Assembly: GCF_021054785.1 (NCBI RefSeq)
Contig: NZ_CP088239.1
Location: forward strand, 330,001-362,000
Length of the DNA stretch: 32,000 nucleotides
Source of the DNA: Tannockella kyphosi
GTDB lineage: Bacteria; Bacillota_I; Bacilli_A; Erysipelotrichales; Coprobacillaceae
Direction of reading: 5' to 3'
How positions within the stretch are numbered: the stretch's first letter is position 1; every line of letters starts with the position of its first letter. A program made the position numbers and the translations under genes. Under the pieces are notes generated by a model. It had not been told where the DNA came from. It made no database searches and was given only the letters and a program-made list of their open reading frames with translations. Of this stretch, positions 9,698 through 18,701 are shown one piece after another.

Positions 9698-9860
9698 CTC
9701 TTATTAAGAACCACTAGATGCAGATCTAAGATGTGGTGGCAACCCTATAGCATAGAAGGTGCCCGACTAAGCAAGTTTACTTGAACAATAAGAGAAAGCT
9801 ACAAAAATGCTTTCTCTTTGGGAAGCTTTTTTTGTTTTTACAAAAAGAAAAGGAGAAAGT
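9698..9860 (+). ncRNA. SAM riboswitch of the SAM-I clan (S-box-like aptamer 9698-9794) plus expression platform
   Basis: P1 CTCTTAT (9698-9704) / ATAAGAG (9788-9794) encloses a 4-helix layout with the conserved GGCAACC...GGTGCC core, immediately upstream of metK. The P2 region deviates from the canonical GGAGGGA..GGCCC. Confidence 0.6.
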
Positions 9861-11003
9861 ATGAAAGAGAAAGTTTTATTTACATCAGAATCAGTATCAA
9901 TTGGTCATCCTGATAAAATTTGTGATCAAATATCAGATGCTATTTTAGATGAATGTTTTAAACAAGATCCTAACTCAAGAGTGGCTTGTGAAGTATTTAT
10001 AACTACTAATTATGTTGTTATTGGTGGTGAAATTACTACGAATGCGATTGTGAATTATGAACAAGTAGCAAGAGATGTATTAAAAGAAATTGGGTATGAT
10101 GACCAAGATAAAGGAATTGATTATCGAACATGTAAAGTGGAAGTTGTATTAGATAGTCAATCTGTGGATATTGCGTTAGGTACCAATGATAATGTAGGTG
10201 GTGCTGGAGACCAAGGAATTATGTTTGGTTATGCATGCAAAGAAACAAAAGGATATATGCCTTTGGCTATTTCTATTGCTCATCATTTAGTAAGAGTTGC
10301 AACAAACAAACGTTTGTCTGGTGAATTCAAACATGCTAGACCAGATATGAAAGCCCAAGTAACGATTGATTATAGTGAAGCTACTCCTAAGATTGATACT
10401 GTATTAATGTCAGTACAACATGATGGAGATTTTGATGAAGCAAAATTCCATTCTTTTATTAAAGAACAAGTAATGGATGAAGTTGTATCTAAGTATGGTT
10501 TTGATACAAATTACAAAGCTTTAATTAATCCAACTGGACGCTTTGTGATTGGTGGTCCTCATGGAGATACAGGTTTGACAGGACGTAAAATTATTGTTGA
10601 TACATATGGTGGAAGTGCTCGTCATGGTGGTGGGGCTTTTAGTGGCAAAGATCCTTCTAAAGTAGACCGTTCTGGGGCTTATATGATGCGTTATATTGCT
10701 AAGAATTTAGTAGCAGCAAATTTATGTGAACAAGTAGAATTACAAGTTTCTTATGCAATTGGTGTAAAAGAACCTACTTCTATTTTCTTAGAAACTTATG
10801 GTAGTGAGAAAGTAGAAAAAGATGTTATTTTAAAAGCAATTCGTGAGAATTTTGATTTAACACCTTCAGGGATTATTGATACGTTACAATTGCGTCAACC
10901 TATCTATAAAGCAACTGCTGCTTATGGACATTTTGGACGTAGTGATGTGGAATTACCTTGGGAAAAGTTAGACAAAGTAGAAGTACTTGCAAAGTATTTA
11001 TAA
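9861..11003 (+). CDS. metK: S-adenosylmethionine synthetase
   Basis: MKEKVLFTSESVSIGHPDKICDQISDAILD..., GDQGIMFGYA, GGGAFSGKDPSKVDRS. AAGGAGAAAG SD. The ORF-track start at 9807 lies inside the riboswitch platform. Confidence 0.95.
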   Translation: MKEKVLFTSESVSIGHPDKICDQISDAILDECFKQDPNSRVACEVFITTNYVVIGGEITTNAIVNYEQVARDVLKEIGYDDQDKGIDYRTCKVEVVLDSQSVDIALGTNDNVGGAGDQGIMFGYACKETKGYMPLAISIAHHLVRVATNKRLSGEFKHARPDMKAQVTIDYSEATPKIDTVLMSVQHDGDFDEAKFHSFIKEQVMDEVVSKYGFDTNYKALINPTGRFVIGGPHGDTGLTGRKIIVDTYGGSARHGGGAFSGKDPSKVDRSGAYMMRYIAKNLVAANLCEQVELQVSYAIGVKEPTSIFLETYGSEKVEKDVILKAIRENFDLTPSGIIDTLQLRQPIYKATAAYGHFGRSDVELPWEKLDKVEVLAKYL

Positions 11004-11092
11004 ATATTGGTGTTTATCCCATAATTTATAATAACTATGGATTACTATGTACTTTTGAGTTATAATATAGATATAACAAGGAGGTACATCTT

Positions 11093-11623
11093 ATGAAAAT
11101 TATTGTAAGAGGAAAAAACATTGAGATCACTGATGCAATCGAAGCGAAAGTAGCTGAAAAGTTAACAAAGTTAGATAAGTATTTTATTGTTAGTGATGAA
11201 GTGGAAGCCAAAGTATTAGTTCGTGTGTATCCATACGGACAAAAGATTGAAGTAACAATTCCGACGGAATATATTATGTTACGAGCAGAAGTAGTGGATG
11301 ATGACTTATACAATGCAATTGATCAAGTTATCGACAAATTAGAGGGACAAATTCGTAAGTACAAAACACGTCTAAGCCGTAAATCTAAAGAACATAAGTT
11401 AGCTTTAAACTTATCAGAAGTAGCTGATGACGACCAAGAAGAAGAGGATGTATTAGTAAAAGTAAAAACAATTAATCCAAAACCAATGGATATGGAAGAA
11501 GCAGTAATGCAAATGGAATTAATTGGTCACTCATTCTTCGTGTACCGTGATACGGAAACAGAAAAAGTAAGTGTAGTTTATCGTCGTTTTGATGGTGAAT
11601 ATGGTTTAATTGAAACTGAATAA
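11093..11623 (+). CDS. hpf: Ribosome hibernation promoting factor, long form (YvyD/HPF)
   Basis: 176 aa: MKIIVRGKNIEITDAIEAKVAEKLTKLDKYF..., acidic linker, C-terminal dimerisation domain (KPMDMEEAVMQMELIGHSFFVY). AAGGAGG SD. Confidence 0.9.
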   Translation: MKIIVRGKNIEITDAIEAKVAEKLTKLDKYFIVSDEVEAKVLVRVYPYGQKIEVTIPTEYIMLRAEVVDDDLYNAIDQVIDKLEGQIRKYKTRLSRKSKEHKLALNLSEVADDDQEEEDVLVKVKTINPKPMDMEEAVMQMELIGHSFFVYRDTETEKVSVVYRRFDGEYGLIETE

Positions 11624-11636
11624 TAAAACTAAATAG

Positions 11637-11665
11637 AAAGGATGATTCGAGTGAATCATCCTTTT
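11637..11665. terminator. Bidirectional terminator between hpf and the convergent radical SAM gene
   Basis: AAAGGATGATTC (11637-11648) gagt GAATCATCCTTT (11653-11664), T-run on the plus strand. It overlaps the last codons of the minus-strand gene. Confidence 0.7.
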
Positions 11666-12588
11666 AATTTACAGCCTTGCATATATTGTTTTTGAACCAT
11701 GAGTTTATCAATATCATTTAATATCATTACTTTTTTAATAGACCATAATGGTGCTATTAAGTCATCTATTTTTCCATCACCTGTTAATCTTTCAATGATG
11801 ATGTTTTCAGGTAAATATGCTAGTTGTTCTACTACTAGATTAATAAATTGATCTCTTGATAAAATATCAAAGGGATCTTTTTTATATATTGTTGCTAGTT
11901 TTGTGTTTTCAACAACGTATAACATATGTATTTTAATAGCTTGGATATCCAATTGACCTACTACTTTTACTGTTTCTAACATCATTTCAGGTGTTTCATA
12001 AGGAAGACCATTCATTACGTGAACGCATACATTGAGTTGATATTTTCTTGCTAATGCTAGTCCATCAAGAAATTCTTGATAAGTATGTCCTCTATTAATA
12101 AAGGTAGCTGTATTTTCATGAATGGTTTGAAGCCCTAGTTCTAACCAAATATCTTTTTTCTGGTTAACTGTATGTAAATATTCTACAATTTCGTCACTTA
12201 AACAATCTGGTCTTGTCGCAATAGCAATAGCAACAACATCTTGTTTTTCTAGGAAAGGTTCTATGCATTGTTTTATTTTTTCTATTGGACCATAAGTATT
12301 CGTATTTGCTTGAAAGTAAGCAATATATTTACAATTAGGCCATTTTACTTGCATTAATTGACTTACTTTATTGAATTGGCTATCTAGACTTTCATTTGGA
12401 TTTCCGGCAAAGTCACCACTACCACTAGAACTACAAAAAATACAACCACCATATCCTTTGGTACCATCTTTATTAGGACAAGTAAAGTCAGCGTTTAAAC
12501 TTACTTTCGCTACTTTATGATGATATTTTTGTTTTAAATGATAATTAAAAGTATGATAACGCTTGTTATCAGTTGAATAAGGGAACAT
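11656..12588 (-). CDS. TIGR01212-family radical SAM protein (YtqA-like)
   Basis: MFPYSTDNKRYHTFNYHLKQKY..., Cys cluster FTCPNKDGTKGYGGCIFC. ATG at 12588 with GGAGGTG SD. The ORF-track start at 12630 is an unsupported extension. Confidence 0.8.
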   Translation of the reverse strand: MFPYSTDNKRYHTFNYHLKQKYHHKVAKVSLNADFTCPNKDGTKGYGGCIFCSSSGSGDFAGNPNESLDSQFNKVSQLMQVKWPNCKYIAYFQANTNTYGPIEKIKQCIEPFLEKQDVVAIAIATRPDCLSDEIVEYLHTVNQKKDIWLELGLQTIHENTATFINRGHTYQEFLDGLALARKYQLNVCVHVMNGLPYETPEMMLETVKVVGQLDIQAIKIHMLYVVENTKLATIYKKDPFDILSRDQFINLVVEQLAYLPENIIIERLTGDGKIDDLIAPLWSIKKVMILNDIDKLMVQKQYMQGCKLKG

Positions 12589-12631
12589 AAAACACCTCCA
12601 ATTAGGAGGATTATAACATAAAGGAGGCATT

Positions 12632-14437
12632 ATGACACTACGATTTGAGCATATTTATAAAGCTTTTGATAAAGAATTATTTGGAGATTTAACGATCCAT
12701 TTTGGAGCAATAGGACTAATTGGTGTTGTTGGTCCAAGTGGTTGTGGGAAAACAACATTCATAAACTGTGTAGGTGGTTTAGAAGAGGTAGATAGTGGTG
12801 TAGTCGAATATGGTGGCTTGCCAATTATGTCGAATGCTCATCAAAGACAAAAGCATAGTCAAAAGAATGTTAGTTATTTGTATCAATTTTATAATTTATT
12901 ACCAGCATTAACCGTTAGAGAAAATATTCAATTTGGAATGTATTGTAAACAATATGAATGGATCGATAACCATGCACTATATAAAAAGTTAGAAATAGAG
13001 GACTTATTAGATCGTTATCCAAGTCAACTTAGTGGAGGACAAAAACAACGAGTTGCTCTTGCAAGAGCGTTTCTATGTAATAGTCCTATTTTATTGTGTG
13101 ATGAACCTACCGGGGCAATGCATCAAAAGATGGGACAACAAGTAATGAAGTTGTTACAAGATTATGGAAAAAAACATTTGGTATTGGTAGTTAGTCATGA
13201 TAAGAAGTTGTTAGAAAAATATACAAACCAAATCATTGATTTTGATGATTTAAAACATCACTATTATTTTAGTGAAAGAATATATAGTTTATGCAATTAT
13301 CCTAAGAAGTGTACTACTTCTTTTTTATTTACGATACGATATTGTTATCGTCAATTTATATATCAGAAAAATACGTATCTTAATTTATTGCTTTTACAAG
13401 CAATTACGATTACTTGTTTTTTACTATTGTTTGGAGCTAAAAGTGGTATCGAAGATTATTTTCAACAAAGTTATAATCAGTATGTTACAAAGAATATCGT
13501 GGAAGTGCAAAAGATTGATTATAGTGATAGTTCTTTTTCGAAAGAAGAACTGGAAGATATGGTTAGTGATTACCAAGGTATCTCTTATGATTATTTATTT
13601 GATGTAGGCCAATATCCTGATCTTGATGAAACAATTGTTCACACAATAATGCCTAGTGCAACGAGTCATATTGAAATAGTGTCTGGAACATTAATGAGTA
13701 ATATGAATGAAATAGTTGTAAATGAAGCTTTTTTAGATATTTATCAAGAGGAAAGTATTGTTTATTTGTTAAATGAAAAAGAGTATGTTTTTCAAATTGT
13801 AGGGGTTATTGAAGATACATTATTAGGGATGCCTAGTGTTTATTATCGCGATTTTTATATTCCAAATGAAATAGTAGAACAAATAGAAAATGATCAAAAA
13901 GTATATTTAGAGATTTTTGAAGATCAAGATATTGAAAGTGTATTAGAAAAATGGAATGATGATATCTATTATAGTTTTTCTAGTTTAGAAACAATGAAAC
14001 AAGGACAATCGTCCTTGTTTTTATTAGGAGAGGTGGTTGCTTATTTGTTTATGTTTTTAAGTTTTTCGATTTCTTTGTTATTAATACAGTTGGTATATAC
14101 AGCACTTTTATATCAAAGAAGAAAAGATAATGCGATTGCTTTTAGTAATGGGATGAGTAAGTCTAGGTTATGTTTGATCTATGCTGTACAAGGTTTTTTG
14201 TTTGGTTTTTTGGTTGCTTGTGTTGGGAATTGCCTAGGTATGCTAACAATAAGTTTGTTTTCTATTTATAATCCCTTTACCAAGTGGATTGCAATAGAAA
14301 AGTTGTTTTTATATCCGGATATTTCTATTAATTTGGGGATTCTTTTTGTTTATAGCATGTCGTGTAGTATGGTTGCTTACATAGTGAGTAGGAAATCAGT
14401 AAATGTAAAGTGTAGTGATGTAATTAAGGAGGAATAA
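12632..14437 (+). CDS. Fused ABC transporter ATP-binding domain + FtsX-type permease (MacB architecture), subunit 1
   Basis: Walker A GPSGCGKTT, signature LSGGQKQR, Walker B LLCDEPT, H-loop VSHD. Then TM1, a ~200-aa extracytoplasmic domain, and 3 C-terminal TMs with an FtsX-like loop (QRRKDNAIAFSNGMSKSRL). Confidence 0.85.
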   Translation: MTLRFEHIYKAFDKELFGDLTIHFGAIGLIGVVGPSGCGKTTFINCVGGLEEVDSGVVEYGGLPIMSNAHQRQKHSQKNVSYLYQFYNLLPALTVRENIQFGMYCKQYEWIDNHALYKKLEIEDLLDRYPSQLSGGQKQRVALARAFLCNSPILLCDEPTGAMHQKMGQQVMKLLQDYGKKHLVLVVSHDKKLLEKYTNQIIDFDDLKHHYYFSERIYSLCNYPKKCTTSFLFTIRYCYRQFIYQKNTYLNLLLLQAITITCFLLLFGAKSGIEDYFQQSYNQYVTKNIVEVQKIDYSDSSFSKEELEDMVSDYQGISYDYLFDVGQYPDLDETIVHTIMPSATSHIEIVSGTLMSNMNEIVVNEAFLDIYQEESIVYLLNEKEYVFQIVGVIEDTLLGMPSVYYRDFYIPNEIVEQIENDQKVYLEIFEDQDIESVLEKWNDDIYYSFSSLETMKQGQSSLFLLGEVVAYLFMFLSFSISLLLIQLVYTALLYQRRKDNAIAFSNGMSKSRLCLIYAVQGFLFGFLVACVGNCLGMLTISLFSIYNPFTKWIAIEKLFLYPDISINLGILFVYSMSCSMVAYIVSRKSVNVKCSDVIKEE

Positions 14438-14438
14438 G

Positions 14439-16250
14439 ATGTTAGAGTTAAGAGGAATAACTAAAACTTATCAAGAGAAGGTATTGGATGAAATATCTTT
14501 TGATTTACCTAATACTGGTTTTGTTTTATTAAGTGGTCCTTCTGGGTGTGGTAAGACAACGTTGTTGCATATTTTAGGAGGATTAGATAGTGATTATACA
14601 GGGCAATTATTATGGCAAGGAAAGGAATGTCGTAAGAATAAAAAATATCGTAAAAAAGTTTGTTTTATTTTTCAACAATTTCATTTAATAGACTATTTAA
14701 AAGCTTATCAAAATAGTATTTTATCAAGATATTTCAAGAAAACAAAGACACCATCAATGGCCTTAGACTTTCCATTAAAAAATAGATTATCTACTTATTC
14801 TGGTGGACAAAAACAAAGAATAGCTATTTTACGATGTTTGTATAATCAACCAAATATTTTGTTGTGTGATGAACCTACATCCTGTTTAGATAAATCAAAC
14901 CAACTAGAAATCATGCAACTATTAAAAGAATTGTCAAAACAGTGTTTAGTCATTGTAAGTAGTCATCAGTTAGATGAAAAGTATTTTGATGAGGTTATTA
15001 AAATGCAAGATGGGAAAATAACTTGTAAAACAAAAGCAAAAGAGAGTGGTACTTTGGTTGAAAAACAAGATTCTCAAAATCCGTATCCTTTATTTACTTT
15101 TGCTTTTTTACAAAGTAAAAGTAAATCAAAAAGAAATTTAAAAATATTGTTTGGTGTATCTTTGGCATTATTTTCTATCTTATTTAGCTTTTCTTTGTTA
15201 GAAGCAACAAATAGCCAAATCAAGGAACAAATATATAAATTACTTCCTAGTAATACCTTAACAATTTTACCGGATAGCAAAGAGTTAGAATATGAACAAA
15301 TAAAAGAAGTAACAAAGGAATATTTCACATATGTAGAATATGAGGATGCTTATTGTTTAGGGATATCATTCGATGCTAGTTATCAAAATGAAAACTGTAT
15401 TTATATTGGAGATAGCACCAAACAAATAACGAACGTAGATGTTGGGGAAGTTACAAAAAATAATAACGAAGTAGTATTGGCTAGTAGTACAGCTAAGAAG
15501 TTGCTATCATCAGGAGATGTAACTTCTATCATTGGTGAAACAGTTTATTGTTGGTATACTTATGAACAACAAGTGTTATCAATAGAATTAGAAGTAGTTG
15601 GAGTTAGTGAGGAAAGTGTTTTATTAGATACTGCATATTTTAATGAGTATAGTAATATTGCTCATATAGAGGAGTTATTTGGTAGTAATGGTTATAAAAT
15701 TATGTTAGCAATGGTAGAATTGGATTCACAGGTTGATCCATCGAAAATACAAGCCACTTTAGAAAATCAATTAGATGGTTCTAAAATAGAAGTGTCTTCT
15801 TTTACTATTAGTGATTCTATTGATGAGATATTTAGCCAAGTACAAATAGTATTGTTTCTATTTTGTGGATTAGCTATTGTTTCTGCTTGTTTTTTGGTTG
15901 GACAAGTGTTGTTTCTTTCAGTTGTAGAAAGAAAAAAAGAAATTGCTATTATACGTTGCTTTGGTGCTGATCAAAAACAAGTATTTCTATTAATTGTACT
16001 AGAGTCCATTCTTATTGTGACAGGGGCATATGTTGGTAGTGTTTTTTGTTTTTTGTTGGTCCAAGGAGTTATAAATGAATGGTTAACAACTTATTTATCA
16101 ATTGAATTAATAGGAGGTTTTTTAAATGTGAATATTGGAATGTTTAGTAAGGTTTATCTTAGTGCACTTTTTTTAAGTGTTATTTGTAGTAGCTTTCCAG
16201 CGTATTATGGATGCCAGCAAGATATTGTAGAAGCTTTAAGGGAACGTTAA
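14439..16250 (+). CDS. Fused ABC transporter ATP-binding domain + FtsX-type permease (MacB architecture), subunit 2
   Basis: Walker A GPSGCGKTT, YSGGQKQR, LLCDEPTSCLD, SSHQ. Same TM/extracytoplasmic layout, FtsX loop ERKKEIAIIRCFGADQKQV. The ATG is 1 nt after the upstream stop (TAAGATG). Confidence 0.85.
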   Translation: MLELRGITKTYQEKVLDEISFDLPNTGFVLLSGPSGCGKTTLLHILGGLDSDYTGQLLWQGKECRKNKKYRKKVCFIFQQFHLIDYLKAYQNSILSRYFKKTKTPSMALDFPLKNRLSTYSGGQKQRIAILRCLYNQPNILLCDEPTSCLDKSNQLEIMQLLKELSKQCLVIVSSHQLDEKYFDEVIKMQDGKITCKTKAKESGTLVEKQDSQNPYPLFTFAFLQSKSKSKRNLKILFGVSLALFSILFSFSLLEATNSQIKEQIYKLLPSNTLTILPDSKELEYEQIKEVTKEYFTYVEYEDAYCLGISFDASYQNENCIYIGDSTKQITNVDVGEVTKNNNEVVLASSTAKKLLSSGDVTSIIGETVYCWYTYEQQVLSIELEVVGVSEESVLLDTAYFNEYSNIAHIEELFGSNGYKIMLAMVELDSQVDPSKIQATLENQLDGSKIEVSSFTISDSIDEIFSQVQIVLFLFCGLAIVSACFLVGQVLFLSVVERKKEIAIIRCFGADQKQVFLLIVLESILIVTGAYVGSVFCFLLVQGVINEWLTTYLSIELIGGFLNVNIGMFSKVYLSALFLSVICSSFPAYYGCQQDIVEALRER

Positions 16251-16265
16251 ATTATAGCAAAACTG

Positions 16266-16294
16266 TTGACAAAGATACTGATTTTATATATTAT
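16266..16294 (+). promoter_or_regulatory. Sigma-A type promoter of the aro operon leader
   Basis: TTGACA (16266-16271), 17 nt, TATTAT (16289-16294). Confidence 0.6.
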
Positions 16295-16323
16295 GGTTAC
16301 AACAACTAGTCGTATAAATACAT

Positions 16324-16578
16324 TGAAAAGAAATAGTACATATAGAAATATTTTTAGAGAGTTCTTGGTTGGTGGAAAAGAATAATGGATCTATATCGAA
16401 TTCATCTTGGAGTAGAGTGCTGAAAAAGAAAGTAGGCATCTCCGGTAACACCCGTTATAGTGTACAAGTATAACTCGAAAGAACGTACTTGATAAGGTTT
16501 ATATAGTAATATATAAATGAACAAAGGTGGTAACACGAAGTGAATGCTCTCGTCCTTATATAGGATGGGAGTTTTTTT
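16324..16578 (+). ncRNA. T-box leader (tRNA-sensing riboswitch), specifier probably UUC (Phe), with intrinsic terminator
   Basis: AGAGA bulge (16356-16360), distal loop GGTTGGTGGAAA (16367-16378), GAA-TTC-A specifier context (TTC 16401-16403), AGTA box, F-box CCGTTA (16452-16457), T-box core AAAGGTGGTAACACG (16523-16537), terminator CTCTCGTCC/GGATGGGAG + T7 (16547-16578). Confidence 0.8.
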
Positions 16579-16616
16579 ATTTATACAGCGGTTGACAAGA
16601 CAAGGGGGACTATAAA

Positions 16617-17630
16617 ATGATTATAGTAATGAAAAAAGAGGCAACGAAACAAGATGTAGCAAATGTTTCACAAATGATTGAAGACAAAGGATTAGCAGTA
16701 AGTGTAGTAGATGGACAGGGCGTTAGTGTTGTAGGTGTTATTGGGGATACAACAAAAGTCGATGCTCGCCAATTAGAAGTATTACATTCAGTAGATAAAG
16801 TAATGCATGTAGGAGAGCCTTATAAATTAGCGAACCGTGCTTTTCATCCAGAAGATTCTATTATTGATGTAGCTGGTGTTAAAGTGGGAGGAGAGAACTT
16901 AGCTTTAATTGCAGGACCATGTTCAGTAGAGAGTGTAGAACAAGTAGTAGAAATAGCAAAAGCAGCAAAAGCTGCTGGGGCAAATATGTTACGTGGTGGA
17001 GCATTCAAACCAAGAACATCACCTTATGCATTCCAAGGGATGGGAAGTAATGGATTGGATATTTTAGTAGAAGCAAAGAAAATCACAGGATTACCAATTG
17101 TATCAGAATTAATGGATGCCAGTTATATTGAAGAATTTGAAGAAAAAGTAGACTTAATTCAAATTGGAGCAAGAAACATGCAAAACTTTGATTTATTAAA
17201 AAAATTAGGGAAAGTAAAAAAACCAATCTTATTAAAGAGAGGATTATGTGCAACATTTGAAGAATGGATTATGTCAGCAGAATATATTATGGCTCATGGG
17301 AATCCAAATGTTATCTTATGTGAAAGAGGGATTCGTACATTTGAAAGCTATACAAGAAACACATTAGATTTACAAGCAATCCCAGTAGTACAAAAACTAA
17401 CACATTTACCAATTATTATTGATCCAAGTCATGCTGGAGGAAAATGGTGGTTAGTAGAACCAATGGCAAAAGCAGCAGTAGCAGCTGGATGTGACGGATT
17501 AATGGTAGAAGTACATAATAATCCAGAATGTGCAATGTGTGATGGACCACAATCATTAAAACCAGAAAAGTATGCAAAATTAATAAAAGAAGTTGGAGCA
17601 ATTGCACAAATCGTAGGAAAGAAGGTTTAA
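16617..17630 (+). CDS. aroF: 3-deoxy-7-phosphoheptulonate (DAHP) synthase, type I-beta with N-terminal ferredoxin-like regulatory domain
   Basis: 337 aa. The N-terminal ~70 aa (MIIVMKKEATKQDVANVSQMIEDKGL...) precede a KDSA/DAHPS barrel (LIAGPCSVES, LRGGAFKPRTSPY, IIDPSH). Confidence 0.88.
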   Translation: MIIVMKKEATKQDVANVSQMIEDKGLAVSVVDGQGVSVVGVIGDTTKVDARQLEVLHSVDKVMHVGEPYKLANRAFHPEDSIIDVAGVKVGGENLALIAGPCSVESVEQVVEIAKAAKAAGANMLRGGAFKPRTSPYAFQGMGSNGLDILVEAKKITGLPIVSELMDASYIEEFEEKVDLIQIGARNMQNFDLLKKLGKVKKPILLKRGLCATFEEWIMSAEYIMAHGNPNVILCERGIRTFESYTRNTLDLQAIPVVQKLTHLPIIIDPSHAGGKWWLVEPMAKAAVAAGCDGLMVEVHNNPECAMCDGPQSLKPEKYAKLIKEVGAIAQIVGKKV

Positions 17631-17631
17631 T

Positions 17632-18690
17632 ATGAAAATGATTGTAGACTTAGGGAAAGATAGTTATCCTATATTTATTGAAAAAGGAATCTTAACAAAA
17701 CTTGATTTGTATATAAAAGATGTTTTTCAAGGTAAGAAAATAATGATTATTAGTGATGACAATGTCTATGGTCATTATGGAAAACAAGTAGAAGATGTTT
17801 TATCAAAACAATATGAGGTTTCTTCTATTGTTGTAGAACATGGAGAAAAAGCAAAAAGATTTGATATTTTACCATCTTTATATAAACAATTATTAAATGC
17901 AAAAATAACAAGAACTGATTGCATTATTGCTTTAGGTGGGGGTGTTATTGGAGATTTAGCTGGCTTTGTTGCGGCTACTTATTTGCGAGGAATACCGTTT
18001 GTACAAATACCGACTTCTTTACTTGCACAAGTGGATTCTTCTGTAGGAGGGAAAGTAGCAGTTGATTTACCAGAAGGTAAGAATTTAATAGGGGCATTTT
18101 ATCATCCGAAATTAGTTTTAATTGATCCAACAACATTATTAACTCTTTCTGATCATTTTATTAGTGATGGAATGGGTGAGGTTATTAAATATGGATGTAT
18201 AAAAGATGCTAAACTATTTGAACAATTGTTAAATTATCAAGATTTTAAAGATTTATATCAAGATATTGATCAGATTATTTATCGTTGTGTTGATTGTAAA
18301 AGAATTGTTGTAGAAAATGATTTATATGATTTTGGTGATCGTTTGATTTTAAATTTTGGACATACATTGGCACACGCTATTGAACAATATTATCATTATG
18401 AAAACTATAGTCATGGTCAAGCAGTAGGTATTGGTATGGTTCAATTAACACACATTAGTGAACAAACAGGTATGACAGTTCCAGGGACTGCTGATTTAAT
18501 TGCTTCACTATTAGAAAAATATCATATTCCAACTGCTTGTGGTTTAAAGACAAAAGATTTATTACAAGCTATTTCTTTAGATAAAAAGAATATTCATTCT
18601 TCTTTGTCTTATGTCATCTTAAAAGAAATAGGGCAAACTATTATTTATAAGGGAAGTCATGACTTTGTGTTGAATAAAGAAGTGATTTAG
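17632..18690 (+). CDS. aroB: 3-dehydroquinate synthase
   Basis: 352 aa with GGGVIGDLAGFVAATYLRGIPFVQIPTSLLAQVDSSVGGK and NFGHTLAHAIE. Confidence 0.92.
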   Translation: MKMIVDLGKDSYPIFIEKGILTKLDLYIKDVFQGKKIMIISDDNVYGHYGKQVEDVLSKQYEVSSIVVEHGEKAKRFDILPSLYKQLLNAKITRTDCIIALGGGVIGDLAGFVAATYLRGIPFVQIPTSLLAQVDSSVGGKVAVDLPEGKNLIGAFYHPKLVLIDPTTLLTLSDHFISDGMGEVIKYGCIKDAKLFEQLLNYQDFKDLYQDIDQIIYRCVDCKRIVVENDLYDFGDRLILNFGHTLAHAIEQYYHYENYSHGQAVGIGMVQLTHISEQTGMTVPGTADLIASLLEKYHIPTACGLKTKDLLQAISLDKKNIHSSLSYVILKEIGQTIIYKGSHDFVLNKEVI

Positions 18691-18701
18691 GGGAAAAAAG
18701 A

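Noticed and set aside
9807-9860. N-terminal extensions proposed by the ORF track: metK 9807, pgi 8610, radical SAM 12630, NCS2 26146, grcA 22661, GIY-YIG 3562, XRE 29821, small ORF 9481.
   Set aside because: In each case an internal ATG has a proper SD and yields the family-typical N-terminus. The extension overlaps a riboswitch, terminator, promoter or neighbouring gene.
16592-16616. A second TTGACA (16592-16597) and TATAAA (16611-16616) after the T-box terminator, as a possible internal aroF promoter.
   Set aside because: The spacing is only 13 nt, and the -10-like hexamer abuts the aroF ATG (16617), leaving no room for the AAGGGGG SD on the transcript.
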